Source: an uncultured virus (IMG/VR IMGVR_UViG_3300011434_000007) (lineage: Duplodnaviria; Heunggongvirae; Uroviricota; Caudoviricetes). Taken from it: a stretch of 20,000 bases of DNA. Below the pieces are notes generated by a model. It worked only from the letters and a program-made list of their open reading frames with translations. It searched no databases and had not been told where the DNA came from. Shown here piece after piece: positions 1 to 8,477 of this stretch (the stretch's first letter is position 1; every line of letters begins with the position of its first letter). Location of the stretch: IMG/VR virus record IMGVR_UViG_3300011434_000007; one strand, 5' to 3'. A program made the position numbers and the translations under genes.

Positions 1-112
1 CCAGAAGCCCGGTAACGATGGTAATATAAACTGGGAACATAAAAAACCAACGTTAAAACTACATGATGCACTTGATAATGAATTACTACGTGGTTGTGTA
101 GTCGAGGAATAA
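1..112 (+). CDS. 3' end of an upstream gene, probably a tail assembly chaperone (partial)
   Basis: Frame 2 is open from the window edge (QKPGNDGNINWEHKKPTLKLHDALDNELLRGCVVEE) to TAA at 110-112, directly before the tape measure gene. The function is inferred from position only. Confidence 0.5.
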   Translation, partial: QKPGNDGNINWEHKKPTLKLHDALDNELLRGCVVEE

Positions 113-115
113 TCA

Positions 116-3100
116 TTGGCAGCTTCTGAACAATATGGTGTAGATCTACAGTTACAGATTGATGCTTTTGAAGCAAACATTAAGAAGGCCCAGCAAAATC
201 TTCTTGATGTTGAAAAGACTGCCGCTGAAGTTTCTAAGAAGTCATCTCAGGACATTAACCAGATAGGTAGTGAATCTGCTACTGGTGGTGTTTCACGGCT
301 AACATCTGCTTTGGGTGGGTTAGCTAAGGTAGCTGCTGTAGGTGGCGGCCTAATTTTAGGTCTAAAATTATTCCGTACTGTTATAGGTGCCGTCTCAGGT
401 GATGATGAAAAAGCTACACGTTCATTTCTAAACTTGACTCGAGGCATGTCCACAGCTGTTGGTAGCGCGGCTGGTATGGTGCGTGCCTTTGCTGGTACGA
501 CAGGTCCGTTCGATGCTTTCTTAGGTCGGGTCCAAAGAGCTACTGTTAACACTACAGTTTTCTCTGGTGCTTTAAATAGTCTGCGGGGCAATGATTCTGT
601 TAAGAGTTTTGCTCAAAACTTTGTTACTAACTTTGATCGTATTGAAAAGTCTGTTAAGCAATCTTTGCTTGCCATTCCTGGAGTAACACCCTCACTTAAC
701 TTTTTGGGCAAAGCTTTCAACGCAGTTACTAAAGAGACCGCTGCCTTCTTCAATAATTTGGCTGCCAACGGTAATGCCATTGGTAAGATAGCAGTGGCCT
801 TAGGCAACATGGCTACGGGTGCTGTCAGTGTAGCACCTGGTATGAATAAGTTAAGTGGCGTTGCTGGCCTGGCTGATGATGCTGCTGTAGGTCTCGCCAA
901 GGGTATGCAATCCGCCGGTATCGAAGCGGGCGCCCTCAGTGCTGTTGGTACTGGCCTGATAGCTACCATAACAGCCCTCAATGCAGCAATTGCCATTGCT
1001 GGTAGTTTGATGTCAGGAATTGGCAAAAGCATAGTTGCTACCACGTCTGAATGGGCCATTGCCTCAGGTAAACTTGATCTGGCCATCACCCAGTTAACAG
1101 CTCAGCTTGAATCAGCATCTGCTGCTACAGGTATTTTCTTAGGTACTGCAGATGAGATGACTACGTTTCTTAAGGAATTATCTAAAGAAACAGGTCTTGC
1201 TGACACTCAGCTGGTTCAATTGGCGTCTTCATTCTTACAAGTAGAAGGTACTGCTCAGCTTAGTAAAGAACAACTGCAAGAGGTTATTAAGCGCACCGCC
1301 ATTCTTGGTGCTTCAATGGGCGATTTGGAAGGCGTAGCTGGTAAAGTTATTGGTGGTTTCCAAGGCTTTACTCGTGGTTTAAGTTTATTTTTAGGTTTAG
1401 GTGCCCGCTCGTCAGAACTAACCAAGCTAGAAGCTGACGGCCTGCAACTTGTTTCAGGCGCTGCACAAGGACAAGTTGATTCTCTAAAGCGGGCAGCCTT
1501 CGCCCAGCAGTTGTATGGTACCTTTGTTAATGGTACAAACGCACGAGTTAAAGCTTACGCCGCCAGCAGTGACAACTTGGTCTTGGCTTTGCAACGCCTA
1601 CAAGGTGCCCAGAGTAACATAGCTGAAGCTTTTGGTAAAGCGTCAGGTACTTTTCTGGTACCTCTAGTTAATGCCTTCACTAAAATTATTAACGTCGTCA
1701 CTGATTTGCCTCCAGGTCTGCGTAGTGTAATCTCTGAAGTCATTAACTTAACTGGTGTGGTGCTTGTTGCCATAGGTACTGTACTTAAATACGCTAGCAT
1801 TTTTGTTCTTTTAAAGAATAGCGTTGCCATTTTTAATGCTGCCCTAACTTTGAGTTTACCTGTCATTGGCAATGTGGGTGTTGCTCTTGGTAAATTATTT
1901 GGTAGCTTTGGTATCGGTGGGGGAGCTATTACGAGCTTTGGTGGCCTCGTAGGTAAACTAGGTCTTTTGATCCCAGCTGCCTTCCGTGCAGGTGAAAATG
2001 CAATTGCTAGCTTTGTTACCAGAGGTATAGGGGGCTTACTAGGTCTAAGTTTTAGTTTTAGTGGTATTGTAGGCGTTCTTACTAAAGTGGCTGGCGGCAT
2101 TCTTACTGTGGGTTTGAATCTGGGTAAATACCTGGTTTTTCCGAGTCATCTAACTTTGTTGATTGTTGCCTTTAAAGCTTTGTATGATGCTATTCGTATT
2201 GTAGATGAGCAGATTGGCATATCCGCCGCCGCAATTGAGTTTTATAAGAATAACATTGAAGGTAGTACTTTGTTAACTGATATTTTTACCTTTGCTGTTG
2301 CCAAGCTTTCACAGGCCATTCAGTTGTTGTCTTTTACTATTGCTTTTGCTTTAGAAGCTGCACTGCTTGGTATTGTAGCACCTGTCAATATTGTACTTAG
2401 TGGTTTGACTTTATTGGCAAAAGGTCTTGATACCGTTTTCGGTACTAGTTTGACTAAGACCATTGAACCTATAAATGAAGCTGCCACTGTTTTACAGGAT
2501 CGCCTCGTCAAGGGCATGCACGATAGTGCTGTAGCAAGTGTCGAAGCTGCAGGACGCCTCTTTTCTATGGATACGTCCTTAGGTAAAGTTAAGAAAAGTT
2601 CTGAAGCTGCTGCCATTGCTATGAAAAAGGTTTCAGTTTCCGCTGAAGTCTTAAGGGCTATTTTTGATATTGCTAATAAGGGTCTGGAAGAAACGGCCAA
2701 AGGTATACAGAGTAATGCTGACCAAAATGTTGCTACTCTTGATCGCCTTGCTGAAGCTCAAAAAACCTTTGTCAATGAATTCATTTCCGATGAAGGTTAT
2801 AGAGCCTCACGTGTCTTTGAAATTGAAAATACACTACGTAAGCGTCGATTGGATGTTGCGGAACAGACCCAGACTGAATTGTTAGCTGTAGCTGCTACAG
2901 CCCAAGCCCAGCAACTTGCTGCTATTGGGCATTTGGCCGATGCTTCTGATCAAAAGCAGGAAGATCGTATTAAGAAGGAAGCTGAAGTTCGGCAGAAGTT
3001 TTTAGAAACAGAAACACAAATTACAACAGATTTCCGTGCTAAGCTTCTGGAGCAGCTTGCTGCGGTACGTGAACAGCAAAACCAGCGTGTACAGATTATA

Positions 3101-4171
3101 CGGGATACCCGCAGTCGTATTAAAGATATTGAAACAGCTTCTGCCAATGCTATATCAGATATTCAACTTCGTCTATTGTCTGGTGAGAGGGCTAATGCTT
3201 TTGTACGTGAACAAATTCGTCTGAAAGAGATACAAGCACGTGACGCCGCTTCTCGTGGTGATTTTGAACGTGCAGCTCGTACTGCAGAAGAAATTAACGG
3301 CCTAGCTTCTAAAGTTGGTGGTCCAGATATCACGAATGCTCTCGCAGCCGCTGCCCGAGTTGGAGCGGCTGGTTCTATAAAAGAAGCGCAGGCAGCCTTA
3401 GACGAACTCACTAATACAGGACATAATGCCGAAAAAACATTTCAGGATTTGTCTTCCGCTGTATTTTTTGCACGTGGCCCTGAAGACATGGCTAAGATTG
3501 CGGCCGCCGCTGCCGCTTTCCAAGCAGCTTTACAAAAGGGTGCTGAAACAACCCAGGGTAATGAACAGATTAGTATTTTAGAACGATCTCGTGACTTACA
3601 AATTCGAATTCAAGAACAAAGGGCTGCTGCTGCTGAACAAGAAAAAATTACCTTGGAGGCCCAGCAGAAGGCTATCGTTGCCCGCTTGGAAGAGACCGAA
3701 GCCAAACTCAATGAATTGCGAGAATCACTATCGCAGCCTATCGAGACGTTGGTTAATTTTTCACCTGAAACTTCAGCAGTAGAAGCAGCCATTAGAGAAT
3801 TACAAAGTCGTAACATTGTTGTACCTGTAACGTTTCAAACTGCACGTGGTGTCAATATGGAAGGATTCTCAGTCCATAACGTTGAAGACGTGGGTCGTTT
3901 GATAAGGGAAAAGTTTAATCCTGGTATCATTGAAGCTGGTTTTCAAACAGCCACGAATGGTATTGCTGGTTCTGTGGGTATTGATCGCTTTGGTGGCGAC
4001 GGCACTGGCCCCAGTAAGCATGTTCGTGTGGATTTGAATCTTAGTGGTGAAACTACTAGTGTCGACACCAAAGACCAGGCCAGTGCAGATGCTTTGGTGG
4101 GTTTTGCTAAGAATTTACAGAACATTAAGAAATCACGGGGCAACTACACTTCACCGTTTTTGAGGATTTAA
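116..4171 (+). CDS. Tail tape measure protein
   Basis: 1351 aa and Ala/Gly/Leu-rich. The N-terminus is TMP-like (VDLQLQIDAFEANIKKA), the centre has long hydrophobic stretches and the C-terminal third is coiled-coil. TTG start with GAGGA at 104-108. Followed by tail-tip genes. Confidence 0.9.
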   Translation: MAASEQYGVDLQLQIDAFEANIKKAQQNLLDVEKTAAEVSKKSSQDINQIGSESATGGVSRLTSALGGLAKVAAVGGGLILGLKLFRTVIGAVSGDDEKATRSFLNLTRGMSTAVGSAAGMVRAFAGTTGPFDAFLGRVQRATVNTTVFSGALNSLRGNDSVKSFAQNFVTNFDRIEKSVKQSLLAIPGVTPSLNFLGKAFNAVTKETAAFFNNLAANGNAIGKIAVALGNMATGAVSVAPGMNKLSGVAGLADDAAVGLAKGMQSAGIEAGALSAVGTGLIATITALNAAIAIAGSLMSGIGKSIVATTSEWAIASGKLDLAITQLTAQLESASAATGIFLGTADEMTTFLKELSKETGLADTQLVQLASSFLQVEGTAQLSKEQLQEVIKRTAILGASMGDLEGVAGKVIGGFQGFTRGLSLFLGLGARSSELTKLEADGLQLVSGAAQGQVDSLKRAAFAQQLYGTFVNGTNARVKAYAASSDNLVLALQRLQGAQSNIAEAFGKASGTFLVPLVNAFTKIINVVTDLPPGLRSVISEVINLTGVVLVAIGTVLKYASIFVLLKNSVAIFNAALTLSLPVIGNVGVALGKLFGSFGIGGGAITSFGGLVGKLGLLIPAAFRAGENAIASFVTRGIGGLLGLSFSFSGIVGVLTKVAGGILTVGLNLGKYLVFPSHLTLLIVAFKALYDAIRIVDEQIGISAAAIEFYKNNIEGSTLLTDIFTFAVAKLSQAIQLLSFTIAFALEAALLGIVAPVNIVLSGLTLLAKGLDTVFGTSLTKTIEPINEAATVLQDRLVKGMHDSAVASVEAAGRLFSMDTSLGKVKKSSEAAAIAMKKVSVSAEVLRAIFDIANKGLEETAKGIQSNADQNVATLDRLAEAQKTFVNEFISDEGYRASRVFEIENTLRKRRLDVAEQTQTELLAVAATAQAQQLAAIGHLADASDQKQEDRIKKEAEVRQKFLETETQITTDFRAKLLEQLAAVREQQNQRVQIIRDTRSRIKDIETASANAISDIQLRLLSGERANAFVREQIRLKEIQARDAASRGDFERAARTAEEINGLASKVGGPDITNALAAAARVGAAGSIKEAQAALDELTNTGHNAEKTFQDLSSAVFFARGPEDMAKIAAAAAAFQAALQKGAETTQGNEQISILERSRDLQIRIQEQRAAAAEQEKITLEAQQKAIVARLEETEAKLNELRESLSQPIETLVNFSPETSAVEAAIRELQSRNIVVPVTFQTARGVNMEGFSVHNVEDVGRLIREKFNPGIIEAGFQTATNGIAGSVGIDRFGGDGTGPSKHVRVDLNLSGETTSVDTKDQASADALVGFAKNLQNIKKSRGNYTSPFLRI

Positions 4172-4174
4172 CTG

Positions 4175-4735
4175 ATGGGCATTCCTACCCTTATTATAGG
4201 GGCCACAAGTATTACTGCTACCCGGCGATTACCCTCCCAGGCTTTTAATGCAGTTTGTAAACAAAAGCTCTCTGGAATGCGTTCTCAGACTGGTAAGTTG
4301 TTTACACAGTTCTTGTATGAGAAATACTCTGTCAAGGTCAGCGGCTTATCTCAGACTTTATATGAAGATTTGAGGCACGAGTATCAGCGCGTAGGTTTCA
4401 TTGATTTATATTCAATTTCTAATCGTAAGGAGTTGTTTACTGCAACAGGTACAACTCTACAGTTTTTAACAACACGTCGAATTCGCATTGATGACGGCAG
4501 TGTCGCTGCCCAAGTTGAAAATCCTCCTGGTACGGTGGTGAATGCCTCTTTCGCGGTATCAGCTGGTGGCACACAGGGTCTTGTAACTTTAACAGGTGGT
4601 ACTGTAGTGATTGGCACTGATAGTGTAGTGGTTCGCTATTTTCCCATTATCAATGGCCAAATTATGGAGTTTGATAATGGTTATGATTGGATAAATGACC
4701 AGGAAACTTGGAACTTATTGTTCGAAGAAGCGTAA
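4175..4735 (+). CDS. Putative distal tail (Dit-like) protein with an inserted beta-rich domain
   Basis: Immediately follows the TMP. 186 aa, ending in a Dit-like strand (WNLLFEEA), with a Thr/Gly/Val-rich central insert. Confidence 0.55.
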   Translation: MGIPTLIIGATSITATRRLPSQAFNAVCKQKLSGMRSQTGKLFTQFLYEKYSVKVSGLSQTLYEDLRHEYQRVGFIDLYSISNRKELFTATGTTLQFLTTRRIRIDDGSVAAQVENPPGTVVNASFAVSAGGTQGLVTLTGGTVVIGTDSVVVRYFPIINGQIMEFDNGYDWINDQETWNLLFEEA

Positions 4736-5920
4736 ATGCTTGCAAGTAATGTGTCTATAATTACAAGTCCTAAGTTGATTACAGCGGACTTCTTTAGGTT
4801 GTTTATCAGCTGGGAACAGACGCCTGCTCTTGTAACAGGTGGTACTGTTGTCATTACAAACACCAACACCCCAGTTTCAACATTAACAACCACGATTAGT
4901 ACAACTTGGTTAACGTTAACTGTACGTCAATCTCAATTTGTTAGGGTAGTCCTATTTATTGACGGTACGGATGTTTCACAATATTTGGTGGGTCGTTTAG
5001 AAGTGCACTGGCCGGATGATGGCAACGGGCAATGCACTTTCTCATTAGTTACCCGTAATCCCTTCGCGGATTCACCGCCCTTTAACATAGAATCAGATGT
5101 GGATGTCTTTGCTCTATATACTGATCCCGATGATGGCAGTTCATCATCAGTACGCATGTTTAAAGGCAAGTTGTCACATTTTGAATATGTGCCCGAACAA
5201 GATGTAGCTAACATAACTGTCCAGGATATGTCACGCACAGTGTCGCGTTCTACTGATAAGTTGAACGTAGATATTTTGGGTGTTGATCCTATTGTTACTG
5301 AGAAACTTACTTGCACATCCACCAATATTTTAGTCACCACCCAAGCAATGGATATGAACTCACCTAACCCCCTGATTGGCATCTGGCTTGAAAGTGACAC
5401 TGGGTTAAAGGTTAACTTAACATCATTGATGAACTACACCTTTAATTCTCCTCAACAAATTCGTTCCTTTAATGGTGGGATACTTAATGTAGGCACTAAT
5501 TATTTATTGAAATACCAGGTACCTCTTGGAAATTTCATCATTCCTAATTTGAAAAAGTCAGAAGTGCTACAAATCATCGCAGCGCTATCTGGTATCTCTG
5601 AACTGGCCAATGAACGTTCTGATCAGTTTGAAGATGAGGTTGTAGGTGTTAATATTACGGCTAACGACGAATTGCCTCTGGATCTTATACGTAAGATCAT
5701 AGTACCTCAGACTTGGAAAGTCGAATTTGATGAGTTTGGCACATTGAGGATTCGACGTGAATATCTTAAAGCTACTGAAGATTTTACCTTGGATGGCGAT
5801 CGTGTCATTGAAGATACTTTGTCAATAAACAAGGACACTGACAGTGTTATAAATGATATAACTATTGTGGGCATTGTCAAACGTAATGGTGGTGGGAGCC
5901 CCTCAGTACCGGTAATATAA
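4736..5920 (+). CDS. Tail-tip/baseplate hub protein, N-terminal part (gp27/Tal-like)
   Basis: Carries motifs typical of hub proteins in order: IDGTDVS, CTFSL, MFKGKL, ITVQD, LDLIRKI, VEFDEFGTLRIR, VINDITIVG. Its start directly abuts the upstream TAA. Confidence 0.65.
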   Translation: MLASNVSIITSPKLITADFFRLFISWEQTPALVTGGTVVITNTNTPVSTLTTTISTTWLTLTVRQSQFVRVVLFIDGTDVSQYLVGRLEVHWPDDGNGQCTFSLVTRNPFADSPPFNIESDVDVFALYTDPDDGSSSSVRMFKGKLSHFEYVPEQDVANITVQDMSRTVSRSTDKLNVDILGVDPIVTEKLTCTSTNILVTTQAMDMNSPNPLIGIWLESDTGLKVNLTSLMNYTFNSPQQIRSFNGGILNVGTNYLLKYQVPLGNFIIPNLKKSEVLQIIAALSGISELANERSDQFEDEVVGVNITANDELPLDLIRKIIVPQTWKVEFDEFGTLRIRREYLKATEDFTLDGDRVIEDTLSINKDTDSVINDITIVGIVKRNGGGSPSVPVI

Positions 5921-5922
5921 TT

Positions 5923-6981
5923 ATGCCTCTAATTGAACGAAAAGTTTTAGGCACAGGGCATGCTGAACAAGGTTTGCCTGCGCCTATTGCATGGACTGGC
6001 GGAGAAGTATTAACTTCTGCTAATCCTATCACCTATGTGGACATTCCATTGCCTCAGACTACTGTTTTGAATTCGGTACAGATGGCAGTCAAAAATTTAA
6101 CAACACCATCAATCCCAGCTGGCTTTAATTTTTATAGTGGTGGACCACCACTACCATTGACAGTAGGGCCTCCTACTATAATGCCTGGTGTGTATTTCTT
6201 GGTGATAGACGACTGGCTTGCCCAAAAATGGCACTTAATTGGTTTGAATGAGGCAGTCGAGCGTGCCTCTGTTGGTACTGGTTTCAATTCTGCTCCTGGT
6301 GTTTATTCTGTAGCATATGTACAGGGGTTGTTGGGTAGCATTGATATCAATTTCACACCAGTTGGGAATAAACCTAGTTTCTTTTCAGGCAGTTCAACGC
6401 CTCTGGTGCGTTACACTGACGGTAGTTACCATTATTTACTTTCTATTTTTCGTCCTTTTTTTAAGGGGCGCCTATCAATATTTATAAATGTAATTTCAGT
6501 TTGGTATCCTTTTTCTTTAGACATTCAGATTACAGGATATGCTCTTGAGAATATTAGTTCACAGGGTGTTCCTGATGAACAAATCTCTGTGCGTGTGATT
6601 GATGAAACTTGTCAAGAGCTTTACGGCGTACGTCCTGGTAAGGAAGAACAATCTGATTTCATTGAAACCCAAATACAAGCCGCTCGTGTAGGTGAACAAA
6701 TACTTTGGCAGTCGCAAATGGTTCTGGACTTAAGCGCAGTTGTGCCTATCACCCCAGCGATCCGTCGTGGTTCAACAGTCCGCATAGCGTATCCATCCAA
6801 GAATTTAGATGTTCTAGGTTTAGTAAAAAATGTAACACATACCTTTAACACTGAAGCTCAAGGTATGTCAAGTCAGGGTATTGCTACTACACAATGTGAA
6901 GTCAAGGCGACAGAGTTTATCTTTAGAACTGCCGGCGGTGAATCTCAGGATGCTGAGAAGTTAGATAAGAGGCAAACCTAA
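5923..6981 (+). CDS. Tail-tip hub protein, C-terminal part, preceded by an accessory domain of about 220 aa
   Basis: The last ~130 aa show the hub C-terminal pattern (DETCQELYGVR, PITPAIRRGSTVRI, VKNVTHTFN, TTQCEV). The N-terminal part is beta-rich and unrecognised. Confidence 0.6.
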   Translation: MPLIERKVLGTGHAEQGLPAPIAWTGGEVLTSANPITYVDIPLPQTTVLNSVQMAVKNLTTPSIPAGFNFYSGGPPLPLTVGPPTIMPGVYFLVIDDWLAQKWHLIGLNEAVERASVGTGFNSAPGVYSVAYVQGLLGSIDINFTPVGNKPSFFSGSSTPLVRYTDGSYHYLLSIFRPFFKGRLSIFINVISVWYPFSLDIQITGYALENISSQGVPDEQISVRVIDETCQELYGVRPGKEEQSDFIETQIQAARVGEQILWQSQMVLDLSAVVPITPAIRRGSTVRIAYPSKNLDVLGLVKNVTHTFNTEAQGMSSQGIATTQCEVKATEFIFRTAGGESQDAEKLDKRQT

Positions 6982-6982
6982 G

Positions 6983-8053
6983 ATGCCTAGAGCTCCTAAT
7001 CCATCAACCTTAGTCAATGCAATGCGTTCAGTGCAAGGCAGAGAATCTAACTACCGTCAATGGTCTGAGCGTGCAACTATTATAGGTTTCAACGAAGCAA
7101 CTCAGTCTTACGAGATTGTCGTCAGCGCTGCAGGACCTTCAGGCGCAGAAACCAATAGTGCAAATCGTACTTTGCGGGAAATCAAGTCTCTGTTTCCAAC
7201 AGATTTGCGAACTTTTAATCCCGGGGATAGTGTCCTTGTTGGTTATGTTTCAGAGAAAAAAGAGCATCCTGTTATTATGGGATTAGGTGATAATAATCCT
7301 TATACAGGTACCACACCGGCAATAACATTACCAACTCAAACAGCATCCGCCAAGCGTGTTGGCGGGGTCGGCGGCGTTAATCCAGGCACACCAGGTTCAG
7401 CTTGTCCTATGCGCGTCAATGATCCTCAAACAGGATCAACCACCACACTAATGGTGGATTGTTCTATGTTAACACCAGATAGGAAGTTACAGCTTCCTAA
7501 TATGCCACGTGTAACTTGTGGTGTTGGTGAAATCAGTTGGAGTACTAATGCTACAGGCGTAACTGTCTCAGGTGCAGGTACTAATGGAATACTTGGTGAA
7601 TTAGATCTTGGTCCCAACACAGGTGTTAATGTTACAGGTACAGCATATAAAACGGGGCGGTATCACATTTGTAATGGCGGCTTCAATGCCATGGATGTCA
7701 AGTCCTATGGTTGTGCTGATCAGATTTTAATTGATTGTAACAAGTTTTTAGCCAATAGTAACAAGTATGATCCCACCAGCTGCCACTATTGCGGTGAAGG
7801 CGATGTTGCATGTGCAATTGGTGATACCGCAGACACTGCGATAGAAACGAATGATCCTGAATTTGGCACAGGTTCAGCTTGCGTGGCAGCACGCCCATGC
7901 AATGCCCAGGGTACAATGTGTGATGCTAGAACAGCTCAGATGATACTGGACGGTTGTAATCCTTGTGGCTTGGCATTGAATAATAAGATCATTACAGCTA
8001 CAGATGCCAATGGTAATACTGTGTCAATAACTATAACGGTAGCTACGTCATGA
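6983..8053 (+). CDS. Tail spike/central fibre: N-terminal OB-fold, Cys-rich domain and Ig-like elements
   Basis: GDSVLVGYVSEKKEHPVIMG matches the gpV/gp5-type OB-fold signature. There are 14 Cys in the C-terminal ~215 aa, and an Ig-like terminal hairpin (IITATDANGNTVSITITV). Confidence 0.6.
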   Translation: MPRAPNPSTLVNAMRSVQGRESNYRQWSERATIIGFNEATQSYEIVVSAAGPSGAETNSANRTLREIKSLFPTDLRTFNPGDSVLVGYVSEKKEHPVIMGLGDNNPYTGTTPAITLPTQTASAKRVGGVGGVNPGTPGSACPMRVNDPQTGSTTTLMVDCSMLTPDRKLQLPNMPRVTCGVGEISWSTNATGVTVSGAGTNGILGELDLGPNTGVNVTGTAYKTGRYHICNGGFNAMDVKSYGCADQILIDCNKFLANSNKYDPTSCHYCGEGDVACAIGDTADTAIETNDPEFGTGSACVAARPCNAQGTMCDARTAQMILDGCNPCGLALNNKIITATDANGNTVSITITVATS

Positions 8054-8457
8054 AGGTATATGCACTACGGCGCAAATCTACACAGGAATTTTTATTTCCA
8101 ATTATTCTTGGCGAACCCTATAGGTGTCCTGAAGGTGAGGATCCTCGTGACTTTGAGGCTGTGGACATTTTAATACCTACAACTGAGGCAGAACTACGGA
8201 AACTGGAAAGTTCAGTTATAGATGTTAAATTAGAAAAAATGGCACGTCATTTAGGCATGACTGCCGCAGATCTTATTGAGAAGGCTGCCACTGCTTTCGG
8301 CGTTCCACCTTGTCAAGGTTGTCAGTTACGAAAGCGCATACTTTATGCTGTGGATCGTCTTGGTTGGTGGGCTGCGGCTCGTATGATACTGAAAACTGTT
8401 ATGGGCAAGTCTTTAAATGCAAAAGAACGTGGGCTGGTGCAGGGCCTGTGGTCCTAG
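8050..8457 (+). CDS. Hypothetical protein with a CxxC motif (GVPPCQGCQLRKRIL)
   Basis: 135 aa ORF with an ATGA overlap with the spike gene stop codon. Confidence 0.7.
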   Translation: MKVYALRRKSTQEFLFPIILGEPYRCPEGEDPRDFEAVDILIPTTEAELRKLESSVIDVKLEKMARHLGMTAADLIEKAATAFGVPPCQGCQLRKRILYAVDRLGWWAAARMILKTVMGKSLNAKERGLVQGLWS

Positions 8458-8477
8458 GCTAAAATAAGGATTCAGCT

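Noticed and set aside
247..4143. Many minus-strand ORFs (65-181 aa) antisense to the tape measure gene, and similar ones elsewhere in the window
   Set aside because: These are shadow frames arising from the biased codon usage of the + strand genes. They have no recognisable motifs and are fully contained in real genes.
4580..4855. Shared TAACAGGTGGTACTGT / TGGTVVI stretch in the Dit-like and hub genes
   Set aside because: A short match in Thr/Gly/Val-rich coding sequence with strong codon bias; only two copies and no repeat architecture.
7385..7881. Short repeat CAGGTTCAGCTTG (GSAC) occurring twice in the spike gene; considered as a DGR TR/VR pair
   Set aside because: Too short, with no adenine-specific mismatch pattern and no reverse transcriptase in the window.
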